A stretch of DNA of 64,000 nt, taken from positions 30,814,001-30,878,000 of the forward strand of contig NC_043010.1 in NCBI RefSeq assembly GCF_006345805.1, read 5' to 3'. Both the position numbers and the translations under genes were made by a program. This stretch comes from Octopus sinensis (taxonomy: Eukaryota). Shown piece by piece: positions 26,896 through 38,704 of the stretch (its first letter is position 1; each line of letters starts with the position of its first letter). The notes under the pieces are model-generated. The model was not told the origin of the DNA and ran no database searches. It saw only the letters and a program-made list of their open reading frames with translations.

Positions 26896-27011
26896 ATTAC
26901 AAATCAATGTAATAATTAACAGATAAGAGATAAATAAAAAATTGCAACAGCAATTTTTTTTATATTTGATTGTTTTTCACCGGGAATGTTGTCATAGAAT
27001 AATGTTTTTGT

Positions 27012-27240
27012 GTAAAGTTTGCTTGCCAACATAACATGGCAGTCTTGGTTTAGGACGAGTGTTGCTGTAATTTAACCCCAGGAGACATCGTCTCCAGCTG
27101 GCTGTATGACACGATCTGTGTCCTTATATTTCCGAACAAGGGAATCTAGCGCCCCCACTCAGCTCAAAACAATATCTGTGTATCGCGATTTCCGAGTTAT
27201 TTCCCTCTATCAGCACAGAATAATTGCCCGGTTAGAGGTT
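27012..27240 (-). mobile_element. Hammerhead-bearing repeat, copy 1
   Basis: Inverted, diverged match to 33701-33932. Minus strand TCTGTG-CTGATAGA..GAAA-TCGCGA-TA-CACAGA at 27175-27219. Confidence 0.7.
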
Positions 27241-28398
27241 AATTCTTTATTCCAAGCACAAGGCCCAAACCCAGAGGGGACATATATAGACATGCAGCTG
27301 ACAAACAACAAGTGAAAATGAATAAATATAATACAAAGACATGAGACAACCATCTCGGCCTCACTCCGAGACGAAACCGTGATCTCCCTTTTCCTTTCAA
27401 CCCTACATTTCAGCGAAAACGTTTTTATACAATTAAATAAAGCGTTCTTACAGTATTTTTCTGGGTTTTTTTCCCTTTCTGTATCGTTCTTTTTCTTAAA
27501 CGATCTCTTCGTGCTTCTGGGGACACCTCGCTTTCATGTGTCCCCGTACTCCGCAGTGGTAGCAGATGGGAGGTCTTCCCTCTACTACCACTCTCAATTT
27601 TACATCCCCGGGCAATACAATCTCTTCTGTGATTTTATGCAAATCCGGTAAACTGATTTGGACCGTCACCTCGAGGCCGTATCCCCATTAGTTTACCTCT
27701 GTAGTTCTTGTAACCATTAAGAATTCTAGTTTATTCCTCCGTATTGAAGAGAATGGCTGCCACCAGCCACGCCTCATCGATCTCTGGGGGAACTCTGGCT
27801 GTACGTTTGCCACAGTAGGTTGGCAGTAGTGTCCACTCTGACGACCTCAACGGCACAGCGGAGTACTTTATCGCATTCTGTTCGGTCGCGAACCGAACCT
27901 CCACTGTGCCGTACTTCTTTCCTCTAGTATAAAATGTCGTGAGTTCCTTTACGTCCTTTAGGCTTTCCTTCACTGCTTCCACCGTAGCTATTTCTACCTT
28001 TTTAGTTGCTGTGGACAGCGTTCCATAGACTGTCTTTTTCGTCGTCTTCTCTGTCACTTCTTTAGGCGGCGTCAGCCACAGGCTGGTACCCTCCTTTGCG
28101 ATGAGTTCGTTAAACTCCTTCAATCTTTTCTCCTCAAATTTCACATCTCTCACTTATAACACATCCGCAGTCAAACCCTTTCTGGTTGCTGCAGCATAGC
28201 TACCGACTAGTTGGGTCTCCAGTTTTGGGTTTGTTACAACTTCACCCATAAATGAGGAAGAAAACAATTAAGCAAAAATAACAATTCAATTAATTAACAG
28301 TAGGTACGAAAGACCTTCTACAAGCATCAACAAAACGATTTGCATGTATACTCAAACACAAACTTCACTCAACTCAGGGTTCCAGGTCGCTTGTCGCC
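27241..28398 (-). mobile_element. ORF1-only (HAL1-like) element
   Basis: ORF 27731-28153 (VEVRF..YCGKRTARVPPEIDEAWLVAAIL) is homologous to ORF 22192-22488; no ORF2; AATAAAGAATT tail. Confidence 0.7.
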
Positions 28399-28417
28399 AT
28401 TGTTCGGCTAGAGATGA

Positions 28418-28534
28418 ATTTTTTTATTACGATAATATGTATCGAATACAGGAGGAACATAACAGGACAATACAAACAAAAAAATGTTATGAGTTCGAAT
28501 GAGCCTTACATTTTAAAAATTGATGATAATATAT

Positions 28535-28587
<53 letters not shown>

Positions 28588-30688
28588 CTATATATGTTGA
28601 CTTTTTTTTTATTTCAAAGGGGAAATACACAAGGCAGCCTGAAAGGCCCAGCGGCTATCCTTTCTTTTTCCAATGTTAAGTCGGGTTACTAGCACCCACC
28701 TTTCTCATCACAGCCTTCCATCGTTTCTCGAAGATACTTCGCGACACGATTCTCCTCTCCAGCCGTATCTTGCTTTATATATGGTATCTGAAGTAAAGTA
28801 GCAAACCAGAGCCGATGAAGGATCCCGTCACGAATCCTTGCAGTCTATTCCTCCATACACACTCTTTCAACACTGCTACTGTACAGAGAAAACATGCCTT
28901 ACCTTCCTTTGAGAGTCTAGTTGGCGATACATTCTTTATTATAGACTCAAGCGATAGCTGTACTCTCCCCAGATGCGACAACACGTGTTCAACGTAAATT
29001 ATCAAGCTTGACAGCTGTCGACATTGTACAAAAGCGTGCTGGATGGTTTCATCGTCCAGCCCACATCTTGGACATGGTAGCACTGACATTCCCTGCCTAG
29101 ATAACTTCTCGCGAACAGGGAAAGCGTTCCTGTAACACTACCAAGTCAGGGACTTTTGGTAATTATCCAAGTACCTTGGCCTGAAAGTTTTTCGAAACAG
29201 GCTGGCAAGTTGCTTCTCATCCAACCCCAGAGCCGCTCCTAGGACGTCATCGTTTTTAAACTCTACCAGCCCTTTATACAAAACCGAGGTGGTATTCCCA
29301 CTACCAGCCTTGCCCGTCTTGTGGATAAGCATGAATGCCTGACGACACTCATTTTGCCATTCTGTCAGATTACGTCTTTTAATAAAACCGGGTTGGAATC
29401 TCTCCAAAGAGGCTGGTCGCGGAAAGAATTCCTCTGCCAGTGAATTTCACATCTTATCACCTTCCAGATAGTGCCAGAGATGCCTCAGCCTCAACGCATG
29501 TCTGCGCATCATTAGCCACGGCATCCCTAACCCACTCTTTAGCGGTTCCTGTCAGCAAAAGGAGCACCTCACAAATGGCTTTCCTCCCTTCCACAAAAAG
29601 CGGAAAAGGACGCGTTACAACTTGCTTAGCCACGATATCGATGCAAGGGACTACGGTCAGGCGGTCGGTGATGACAAATGCAATAAACACTTGTACCACC
29701 TCCGCCTTCCTTTCAAGTCCGGACTAGAGCCTCCACATTGTCTGCCACATTGCTCCAATTTTTCTCCGTCTTAGAGTCCGGTCCAAACCAAATTCCAAGC
29801 AACTTAACAGGGCTATCTGTCCAGTGATCCACGGTACTGGACGATATCGATTTGCACCTCCAGGTGCCGAGGCACAAGCCGATGGACTTGTCCTTGTTAA
29901 CTTTTGCCCCTGCCACCGCCTCATATCCTTTGAAAGCGTCCTCTACACAAGGTAGCTGCGCTTCATTGGACACAATGAAGGTGACGTCATCTACATAAGT
30001 AGAGACCAACTTACCGCATCCGATTTCATTGGGGGTGCATCCCACATTCTCCAACTTCTGCAGCAATGGCTCAGGATCCAACACGTACAGAAGCGGAGAC
30101 AAGGGACACCCTCGACGAACTGAGCACTTGATCGAAAACGGCTCCGACAGGTAGCCGTTTATCTGAACTGTGGATTGGATGCCGCTATACATGGCGGAGA
30201 TCCACCTATGGAAGTCCGGGTCCAGCCCTGCCGCTTCGAAGACGGTCGCCAGATACTGGTGGTCTACCCTATCAAACGCTTTACTTTGGTCTAAATGGAC
30301 TATTGCCCCACCTTTGCCAGTTAATTTACCCAATCTGTCTAAGGTGTAGCGTATAAGGGGAAGATTGTCTTGGATAACCTACCTGTGATGGTGCATGTCT
30401 GCGCCTTCCCTACAATTTTCTCCACAACACGCGTCAACCTTTTGGTTAACACCTTGGCCAAAATCTTTAACTCCACGTTAAGTAGTGTTATGGGCCTATA
30501 ATTACAAATATTATCCCCCTTGCTCGGATCCTTGTGGATCAGAGTCACCACTCTCCGACTCACAGAGCCGGGAATCTGTTGCCGGTTTATGTTGCCGGTT
30601 TATGTAGACACCTGCCAGCAAGTTCCAGAACAAGTCCAGTATACTACGATAAAACTCATAGGGTAGACCATCCAGTCCCGGCGACTTG
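28418..30688 (-). mobile_element. Tx1/L1-clade LINE, 5'-truncated ORF2 pseudogene
   Basis: KSPGLDGLPYEFY, YRPITLLNVELKILAKVL, LDQSKAFDRVDH, RGCPLSPLLY, YVDD and CPRC..ETIQHAF..C; 3' AATAAAAAAA. Confidence 0.92.
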
Positions 30689-31870
30689 TCCCCAGCGCAT
30701 TGGTCAAGAAGGGCTCTGTCCCTGAAAAGAATGGCGGAGGTGGCACAGGTGTTTATTGCGTCCGCCATCACCTACCGCCTGACCGTTGTCCCTTACACCG
30801 ACTCGTGGCTAAGCAAGTTGGAGCGCCTCCTTTTCCGCTTGTTCTGGAAGGGAGGAAAGCCACTTGCGAGGCGCTCCGTTTGCTGCCAGGAACCGCTAAA
30901 GGGTGGGTTAGGGATGCCGTGGCTAATGATGCGTAGACATGCGTTGAGGCTGAGGCATCTCTGGCGCTACCTGGAAGGTGATAAGATGTGAAATTCGCTG
31001 TTAGAGGAATTCTTTCCGCTACCAGCCTCCTTGGAGAAATTCCAACCCGGTTTTATTAAAAGACGTCATCTGACAGAATGGCAAAATGAGTGTCGTCAGG
31101 CATTCATGCTTATCCACAAGTCGGGAAAGCCTGGTAGTGGGAATACCACCTCGGTTTTGTATAAAGGGCTGGTAGAGTTTAAAAACGATGACGTCCTAGG
31201 AGCGGCTCTGGGGTTGGATGAGAAGCAACTTGCCAGCCTGTTTCGAAAAACTTTCAGGCCAAGGTACTTGGATAATTACCAAAAGTCCCTGACTTGGTAG
31301 TGTTACAGGAACGCTTTCCCTGTTCGCGAGAAGTTATCTAGGCAGGGAATGTCAGTGCTACCATGTCCAAGATGTGGGCTGGACGATGAAACCATCCAGC
31401 ACGCTTTTGTACAATGCCAGCTGCATTCTGGCTTGATAATTTACACTGGACACGTGTTGTCACACCTAGGCAGAATACAGCTATCAGCTGAGTCTATAAT
31501 AGAGATTGTGCCGCCAACTGGACTATCAAAGGAAGGTGAGACATGTTTTCTCTGTTCAGTTGCTGTGTTGAAAGAGTGTGTATGGAAGACCAGATTGCAA
31601 GGACACGTGACGGGATCCTTCATCTCTGGCCCTGGTTTGCTGACATACTTCAGATATCATCTGAAGAACAAGATAGGGCTGGAGAGCAGATGACTGTCGC
31701 GAAGTGTGTTCGAGAAAAGATGGAAGGCTGTGGTAAGAAAGGTGAGTGCAAGTGACCCTGATTAATCCTCATGGGAAAAGAAAAGGTATAGTCGCTAGGC
31801 TTTTCAGCCCATCAGGTTAATCCGCCCAAAAAAACAAAAAGTCAAATTTTAATTATATATTAATCAATAT
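30689..31870 (+). mobile_element. Second Tx1-like ORF2 3' part, head-to-head with the first
   Basis: ORFs 30686-30991, 31031-31300 and 31349-31693 (GGLGMP; CPRCGLDDETIQHAFVQC). Confidence 0.9.
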
Positions 31871-32066
31871 TTTTAAAGACTAAGTATCATGCGAACTCAT
31901 AATAACAATAATTGTTTGTATTGTGTTTTGTCTCCTCTGAGTGTTTACCTACTTTTTAGTTTCAAGTATACCTGGTTACGGCATAACTTCATGCTTATAT
32001 ATCAGTGGTACAGGTTGCAAAGCTGAGCCAGTATACAAGCTGTTGACTAAGTAGGTAGCGGTATGA

Positions 32067-32144
32067 AGTTTTAGATCAGCTATCTTTATCTATACCAACC
32101 GATTCTAATAGGTTGGTATAGATAAAGATAGCTGATCTAAAACT
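32067..32144. repeat. Perfect 34-bp hairpin with 10-nt loop
   Basis: AGTTTTAGATCAGCTATCTTTATCTATACCAACC-GATTCTAATA-exact reverse complement. Confidence 0.95.
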
Positions 32145-32279
32145 ATAGCAAGGAATACATAAGTTACTCAATGAATTGATCCAATGTACCAGACATGAAT
32201 CAAACAGCAAACATTCTTAGTTAAAATGGAATAGATACAGTATGTGAATCAATGTAAGCGACCTACAATAACTTTATCA

Positions 32280-32710
32280 CAAGCCGGAGCAAGTTGACAT
32301 ACTGTGTCAACGTGCCCCTGTTTATATGTGTCAACTTGCCCCGACCCCATTTCTCTCGTAAATGTAAACACTGAGAGAAAACCACTAGAGTTTCGCAAGA
32401 ATCCATTTGTATAGCGTCGTGAGAGATATTTTACTAACTCCTTAAGGTTTAATACACATAATGCAGTCTTAAACAATATCCAAAATAACTAATTATCAAA
32501 AATGTCGAAAATAACTTACCAAGTGGAAAATTCCAATGGTGTCCGCGTGTAGCAGACAAACTCTCACAACGGCGACGAAATCAAATGAGGGGGAAGCTTA
32601 TATTAACATCACTACTATGAGGTCATTAAATCGTCCGGAAGTAGTTTCGATTTTCTCGAGAGAAAATGTGTCAACTTGCCCCTGTAGTCAACTTGCCCCG
32701 GTCTCCTCTA
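32280..32710. mobile_element. MITE-like element with pogo-like ends
   Basis: CCGGAGCAAGTTGAC / GTCAACTTGCCCCGG inverted ends with repeated TGTCAACTTGCCCC subterminal motifs. Confidence 0.6.
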
Positions 32711-32714
32711 CTCG

Positions 32715-33700
32715 CGAAAACAGTGACAGTTGGAGAAACAATGATGAAAGTGTGGGTAGGGAGCAGAATCACTCGTTGCAATAAATGTGGCCAAAAACGT
32801 CACATTCGAGCGGACTGCCCTCTGAAAACTAAGCCAACCCAGGATAGAGCAGAGAAAGAACCGGAAAGGATAGATGAAAGAAATGAGGAAGACGGCTAGC
32901 AAGATACGGGAAGGAAACAGTGGAAGAGGAAAAAGAACAGCTTAAGTGAAACCCAGCCCGTACCCACCCCACCTATTCACCTCCGACACAAAAAAGAAAA
33001 AAAGAACAGCAGTCACACAAAAAAAGACGCAAAATGACCTTCCTAGTTGTTTTGTTTGCGCTTTATTGAAAGGTGTAAGAAAATGATGTGGTAGATAAGC
33101 TATTGTAATGGAAAATGGAAAAGTGATAGACATGAAGGGAATGGGAAAAAAATGGTTGTAGGCGCTTGAGTGCCAGAACAGAATGAAAATAATAAGAGAC
33201 TGCAAAGAAAACGTGGAATACAGAATGAAGTATCTATTTCTTTACTACCCACAAGGGGCTAAACACAGAGAGGACAAACAAGGACAGACAAACGGACTAA
33301 GTCGATTATATCGACCCCAGTGCGTAACTGGTACTTAATTTATCGACCCCGAAAGGATGAAAGGCAAAGTCGACCTCGGCGGAATTTGAACTCAGAACGT
33401 AACGGCAGCCAAAATACTGCTAAGCATTCCGGCTGGCGTGCTAACGTTTCTGCCAGCTCGCCGCCCTTACAGAATGAAGTATCGGACGGAATAGATTATG
33501 ATAAATTACTGGACCTATATGGTATTAACTTTAATTGGATATGAAAGGACGATGATGATGATGCTGAGGTGGAGTAAGTGGCACATTCTTCATATATCAT
33601 TATCATGCATCATTCATATTCTCATAATTTTATTTTGTTATATGTCCCCACGTCTTGTGTTGTCCCCTCTGTGTATGATATTTTTATCGTAATAAAGAGT
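32715..33700 (+). mobile_element. ORF1-only element, 3' part
   Basis: RCNKCGQKRHIRADCP knuckle; no ORF2; 3' end ...TTATCGTAATAAAGAG resembles the Tx1 3' end at 28418-28440. Confidence 0.65.
33235..33467 (-). mobile_element. Meta-type SINE, full length
   Basis: TSD TACAGAATGAAGTATC at 33219 and 33468. Confidence 0.93.
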
Positions 33701-33932
33701 TAACCTCTAGCCGAACAATTATTCTGTGCTGATGAAGAGAAATAACCCAGAAATCGCGGTACACAGATATTGTTTTGAGCTGAGTTGGGGTGCTAGATAC
33801 CCTTGTTCGAAAAAAAATAAGGACACAGATCGTATCGTATAGCCAGTTGGAGACGATGTCTCCTGAGGCTAAATTACGACAGCATTTGTCCTATACCAGG
33901 ACTGCCATGTTATGTTGGCAAACAATCTTTAC
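33701..33932 (+). mobile_element. Hammerhead-bearing repeat, copy 2
   Basis: TCTGTG-CTGATGA-AGAGAAATAACCCA-GAAA-TCGCGG-TA-CACAGA at 33723-33767. Confidence 0.7.
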
Positions 33933-34210
33933 TCCAAAGTACTGTTGCTGAATATCTCTCGTTGTGAGATTTTAAAGTAGTAATTTTCTAATGTTTTTGT
34001 GTTGTTAATTTTCGGAATTGTTAAAGCGTCCAACAAAACGCCTTGTCCCAGTTTTTGTCCAGGTGCTTTACGTTCTGAGCTCAAACACTGTTGATGTGAA
34101 CTTTGCCTTTCATCCTTCCAGTAATAGTTGAAGAATCAGTTGAAGAATGCTCGTCAAATTTCTGACCTTTTTCCTAATTGTTTTTGAATGATCATTGCAT
34201 AAGCAATATT

Positions 34211-34489
34211 CTTTTCTACTCTAGACACAAGGCCTAGAATTTGGTGGGAGGGAGCCAGTCGATTAGATCGAACCCAGTACGCAACTGGTACTTAATTTAT
34301 CGACTCCGAAAGGATGAAAGGCAAAGTCGACCTCGGCGGAAGTTCTATGTTCAAATTCCGCCGAGGTCGACTTTGCCTTTCATTCTTTCGGGGTCGATAA
34401 ATTAAGTACCAGTTGCATCCTGGGGTCGACCTAATCGACTGCCCCCCTCCTCAAAAATTTCGGGCTTTGTGCTTAGAGTAGAAAAGATT
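34211..34489. mobile_element. Two 5'-truncated Meta-type SINEs fused head-to-head
   Basis: Minus copy 34211-34341, plus copy 34342-34489; direct repeat ATTGCATAAGCAATATT at 34194 and 34490. Confidence 0.88.
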
Positions 34490-34604
34490 ATTGCATAAGC
34501 AATATTGACAAAGATTCTCCTCTCTCAATCCATAATTTTCTGAGTGTTTTCTTCCCTTTTCTGTCGACCCTCTCCTCCTTTTCTTTTCCTCTATATCTAT
34601 CTAT

Positions 34605-34677
<73 letters not shown>

Positions 34678-35419
34678 CTATCTATCTATCTCTCGCTTAC
34701 ACTGTTCTACCTTATCCTTCTCTCTTACCCTTCTTTTTCTTATCCCCCCTCTCTCTCTCTCTCTCTTTTATCTCTCTCTCTCTTTTATCCCTCTCTCTCA
34801 TTCTCCGTTACATTCGCTGCTGTTTCAGCTATCTTCTAACCTAGTTACAAACCACTTCAGTGATGTTCTTTTTTCTCAGTTGTTTCTCTCAAATTCCACA
34901 TGAGAGAGAGCGTGGTAGGGAGAAGAAAAGGCAACTTAAAATAGAATCATGAAAAGCAATAGCTATGAACTAACTTCCAGTTACTTTCACCATATGTGCG
35001 CGTGTCCCTATGAGAGCAGGAAGCAGAGGCTATTGCGTAGTTCAGTGGAATTAAGAGAATATATGCAACAGTAATGAATTTTAGGAGGCAAACTAACACC
35101 TGATAGCAGCACTCCATCTACGCATTATTTCAGAAAGTAGTGGATTTTCCTTCACCTCCACATTCAAGCACTAAATTGAAATTGCTACGTTAATGGTCAC
35201 GGCAAAAATACTATTAAGCTGCGCTGTCAGAAAGGTGAATATCAACGATAGAATCCTTATTTGGTTGGTGCGATCTTTGAAATTTTTTTCATTATCGGAA
35301 TCGTCATAGCCTAAAACGTGGGATTCCGTAAAAAAAAGAAAGAAAGAAAGAAAGTGGGGAAGGGTCCCGTTTACATCTCCGCCAGGTAAGCATTCAAATT
35401 TTTTATGAGGAAACACCAA

Positions 35420-37690
35420 AATTGATTCATACACACCTTGCTACCCCATTCCGATGCCTAAAAGTGAAAATCAACGGCTTGTATGTTTGTGTGTGCGCGT
35501 GCGAATGAACAGAGAAAATACACCGAAATATGTTTTACACACCTGTCATATACGTTGATTTTGCTTTTTCGCTTTAAAGGTAAAGGTAAACATGATATTC
35601 AATAATACGTTTGTATTCTTCATTCAGAAAGAATAAGACTTCGGCTCTTCTTTAGAAACGCACCTCTCCAAGAAAATAACACCTAAGTTTGTTTTTTTCT
35701 AATTATGAAAATGGGAAATATATCCAAAATAAATGAAGTATGCAAAAAAAATTAGGAAGATTCATCTATTTCTAAATATTTTATATTAAACACTAAAACA
35801 AACGGGAAACGGACTCTCGCGAATATAAATATGTCGGACGACACGAGGGGTCCAACAATATCGTTTACAAATTCTTGATTGTTTTTAATCAGATTTTTTA
35901 CTGCGCACACTGGTTAGTGTTAGGGTTAGTTTTACGGTTATCGTTAGGATTAGTTACAGTGTTAGGGTTAGCGTTAGTTTTAGGGTTAGGTGGTGTGTAG
36001 TCGCTTTACCTTCGCCTATTTTATGAGGTGATATACGACAGAAATAATTATAAAACAATACAGTAAATACGTTTAAGATGTATGCGAGTTTTATTATTTT
36101 TAGTTTACAGAGAAAATAAATTACAGAACATATAACTCAGTAGCTATTTGGCCCCTCGTATCATTAATAACACCTGACTGGTAAAAGTAAATTATCTTCC
36201 CTTGTATCGTCCAATATGTTAGTTTATATTCGCGAGTGTCCGTTTTTCGTTTGTTTTATTTTTTAGTATAAAATATTTAAAAATAGTTGAATCTTCCTAA
36301 GTTTTTACACATTTCATTTATTTTGGGTATATTTCCCATTTTCCTAACTTTATTTTACAATTAAGCGTCGTTTTCTTGGAGAGGTGCGTTTCTAAAGAAG
36401 CGCCAAAACTTCCCCACCAAAAAAGTTTGGATATTCGGAATCTACATGATATAACACATATTCATAGAAAATTTCATTAAATATCCATTTTTGTGAAAGA
36501 TATCCTCCAAAGTCGGTGGGGCAGAAATTTGTAGTTATGCCTGGATGGTGCCCACAAAATTTACCACAATCGCTCCAGAGAAGGGAAGATAAGTTTTTTT
36601 TGTAAAACATACTCCAAGAGCACCATGAAAAGAAATCTAAAATATCTCCTTCAAAACGGAGAAATTCCAACTTGTTGATGCTTCCTAACTCCGAAGTCGG
36701 CCTATATATGTATCTATGGTGTGTCTTTGTGTTTGACTAATGTTGTGGTATTTACATCCCCATCACTTAGCGGTTCGGCAAGAAAAAAAAACGAGAATAA
36801 TACTAGGCTTCAAAAATAAGGGGTCGTTTCGTTCGACTAAAGCCCTTCAAGGCAATGCTCCATCATGGCCGTAATCAAGTGACTGAAACAAGTAAAGGAG
36901 TAACTCCACAATGTCACCTTCTTCTTAATGAACATCAATCGCCCTTCTATAGTCTGAGTATGGATGTTGCTATTTGGATTTTAAGAAATTAGTGAATCGT
37001 TGACCAACACAAAAAGAACCCCATCGAATATCAAATGTGTTTCATGAAATTTTGGTATATTACTGGGCATAACTACAGATTTCTGCCCACTACCCACTTT
37101 GGATGACCATAACTTCCAGAAAAATGGATTTTTTTAATGAAATTTCCCACGAATATGCGTTATATCATGTAAATTCCGAATGTACAAAATTTGGGAGGGG
37201 AGTTTTAGGAGTGGGGAATTTCAGAAAATGCACGCGAGTCCACTTTAATTCGTCTTAACTTTCAAGAAAATGGATATTTTTTAATGAAATTCTCTACAAA
37301 TATACCTCGGACTATGTAGATTCCGAGGACATAAGAATTTGGGTGGGCGGTGGGGGGAAACAGTTGGGGATTATTTTTGAGAACCGTTCCCCACTCGCGA
37401 GTGCTTCTGAACAAGTCCATGTTTGTAGAGTATTTTCTTGAAAGCTAGGACGAATTGAAGTGGACTCCGGTGAATTTTCCGAAATTCCCCAGCCAACCCC
37501 AACCCCAAAATTAGGCTGTATCCTAATATGCCACATCTTTTATGCACTTTAGAAATAATTCCTGATGGACAAGGGGCTTTTACAGTCTTCATATTCTGCT
37601 GCCAAGAAGAATTAGGACAGCTCTCTCATATTTGCAAGCCATTCATTTTCACTTTTAGATAGCGGGATGGGGTGGCAAGGGGCGTATGAA
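35420..37690. mobile_element. Larger degenerate inverted-repeat element enclosing the foldback
   Basis: 35425-35480 is inverted to 37633-37690; internal ~130-bp repeats in both orientations at 36405-37510; SINE 3' fragment at 36720-36900. Confidence 0.5.
35648..36400. mobile_element. Foldback/MITE-like element with ~200-bp inverted arms and central TTAGGG-like repeats
   Basis: 35648-35850 matches the reverse complement of 36197-36400; degenerate GGTTAG run at 35911-35990. Confidence 0.75.
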
Positions 37691-38704
37691 TTAGGGTTAG
37701 GGTTAGGGGTTGGGGAAGAGTATCTTTTTTTCTTCACAAATGTAAATAAACCCAATCTGTTTCTTAAAGGAGGGACATATTCATTATGCACAGAATGTTA
37801 TTTACCTAAATGGACGTAAGCGATTGGTTAAAATTGCCGAAATGCTCGAAATTAAAGACGAAATATCTTACAACCTATAGAATTTTCTCAATAAAGCCAA
37901 GTATACGAAGTTTAAAACTTTTTAGTTACCTAGAAATTATGTTACAAAGTGCCGTTCAAAAGGAAAATATCCGAGGGAAGAATTGAAAATTTTGAAAACA
38001 TGGTTTTTGGAATATACAGAATCTTTGTCATAAAACATAGGAATCCGTTGAAAAAAAAAATTTCCAAAAGAAAAGGTCGATTCTTTCGTATCAGTGTACT
38101 TGTAAACATTAACTTAGTTTGCTTTTCAAATAACTGAAATATTTTGAGTCAAAATTAACCTTCGGCTACATAAAGCGATAACTAAACACGCGACGTGTTC
38201 AATAGTAGTGTTTATAGTTCGTCCATACTGTAAAAAAAAAACGCGCCAAAATCATACCGCCCACGCTTTAAAGTCATATGATCACAAATAATTGACTTTT
38301 TTTTTGTCTTCGCTTGCAAAACCAGAGGGCAATGTTCAAATTTGCGTCTTCTATACAGCAATCCTTTTATGCATATCGTGCTGTATCATCCCGTTGGTTT
38401 TCTTGTTTTTTATTTTTTTTTTATATTCGCCTTTAGTTCGTTAATTTTCCGGGTCTCTTTTTTCTTCTTTTGGTTTTGTAAGATATTCGCCTTTAGTTCG
38501 TTAATTTCTCGGTTTATTTGTTTGTTTTTTTTTTTTGTTTTTTTGTTCTTGCTTTTTTTTTTGTAACATATTCATCCTTAGTTCGTTGATTTTCCGGATC
38601 AGCTGAAATTTACTTTTTGACAGTTGGCTGTTGTCACTCTTCAGTGAGAACGCTTACTTTTTTAGTTTCCCATTTTATTTCATTAAAAGCTCTATTTTCT
38701 GATT

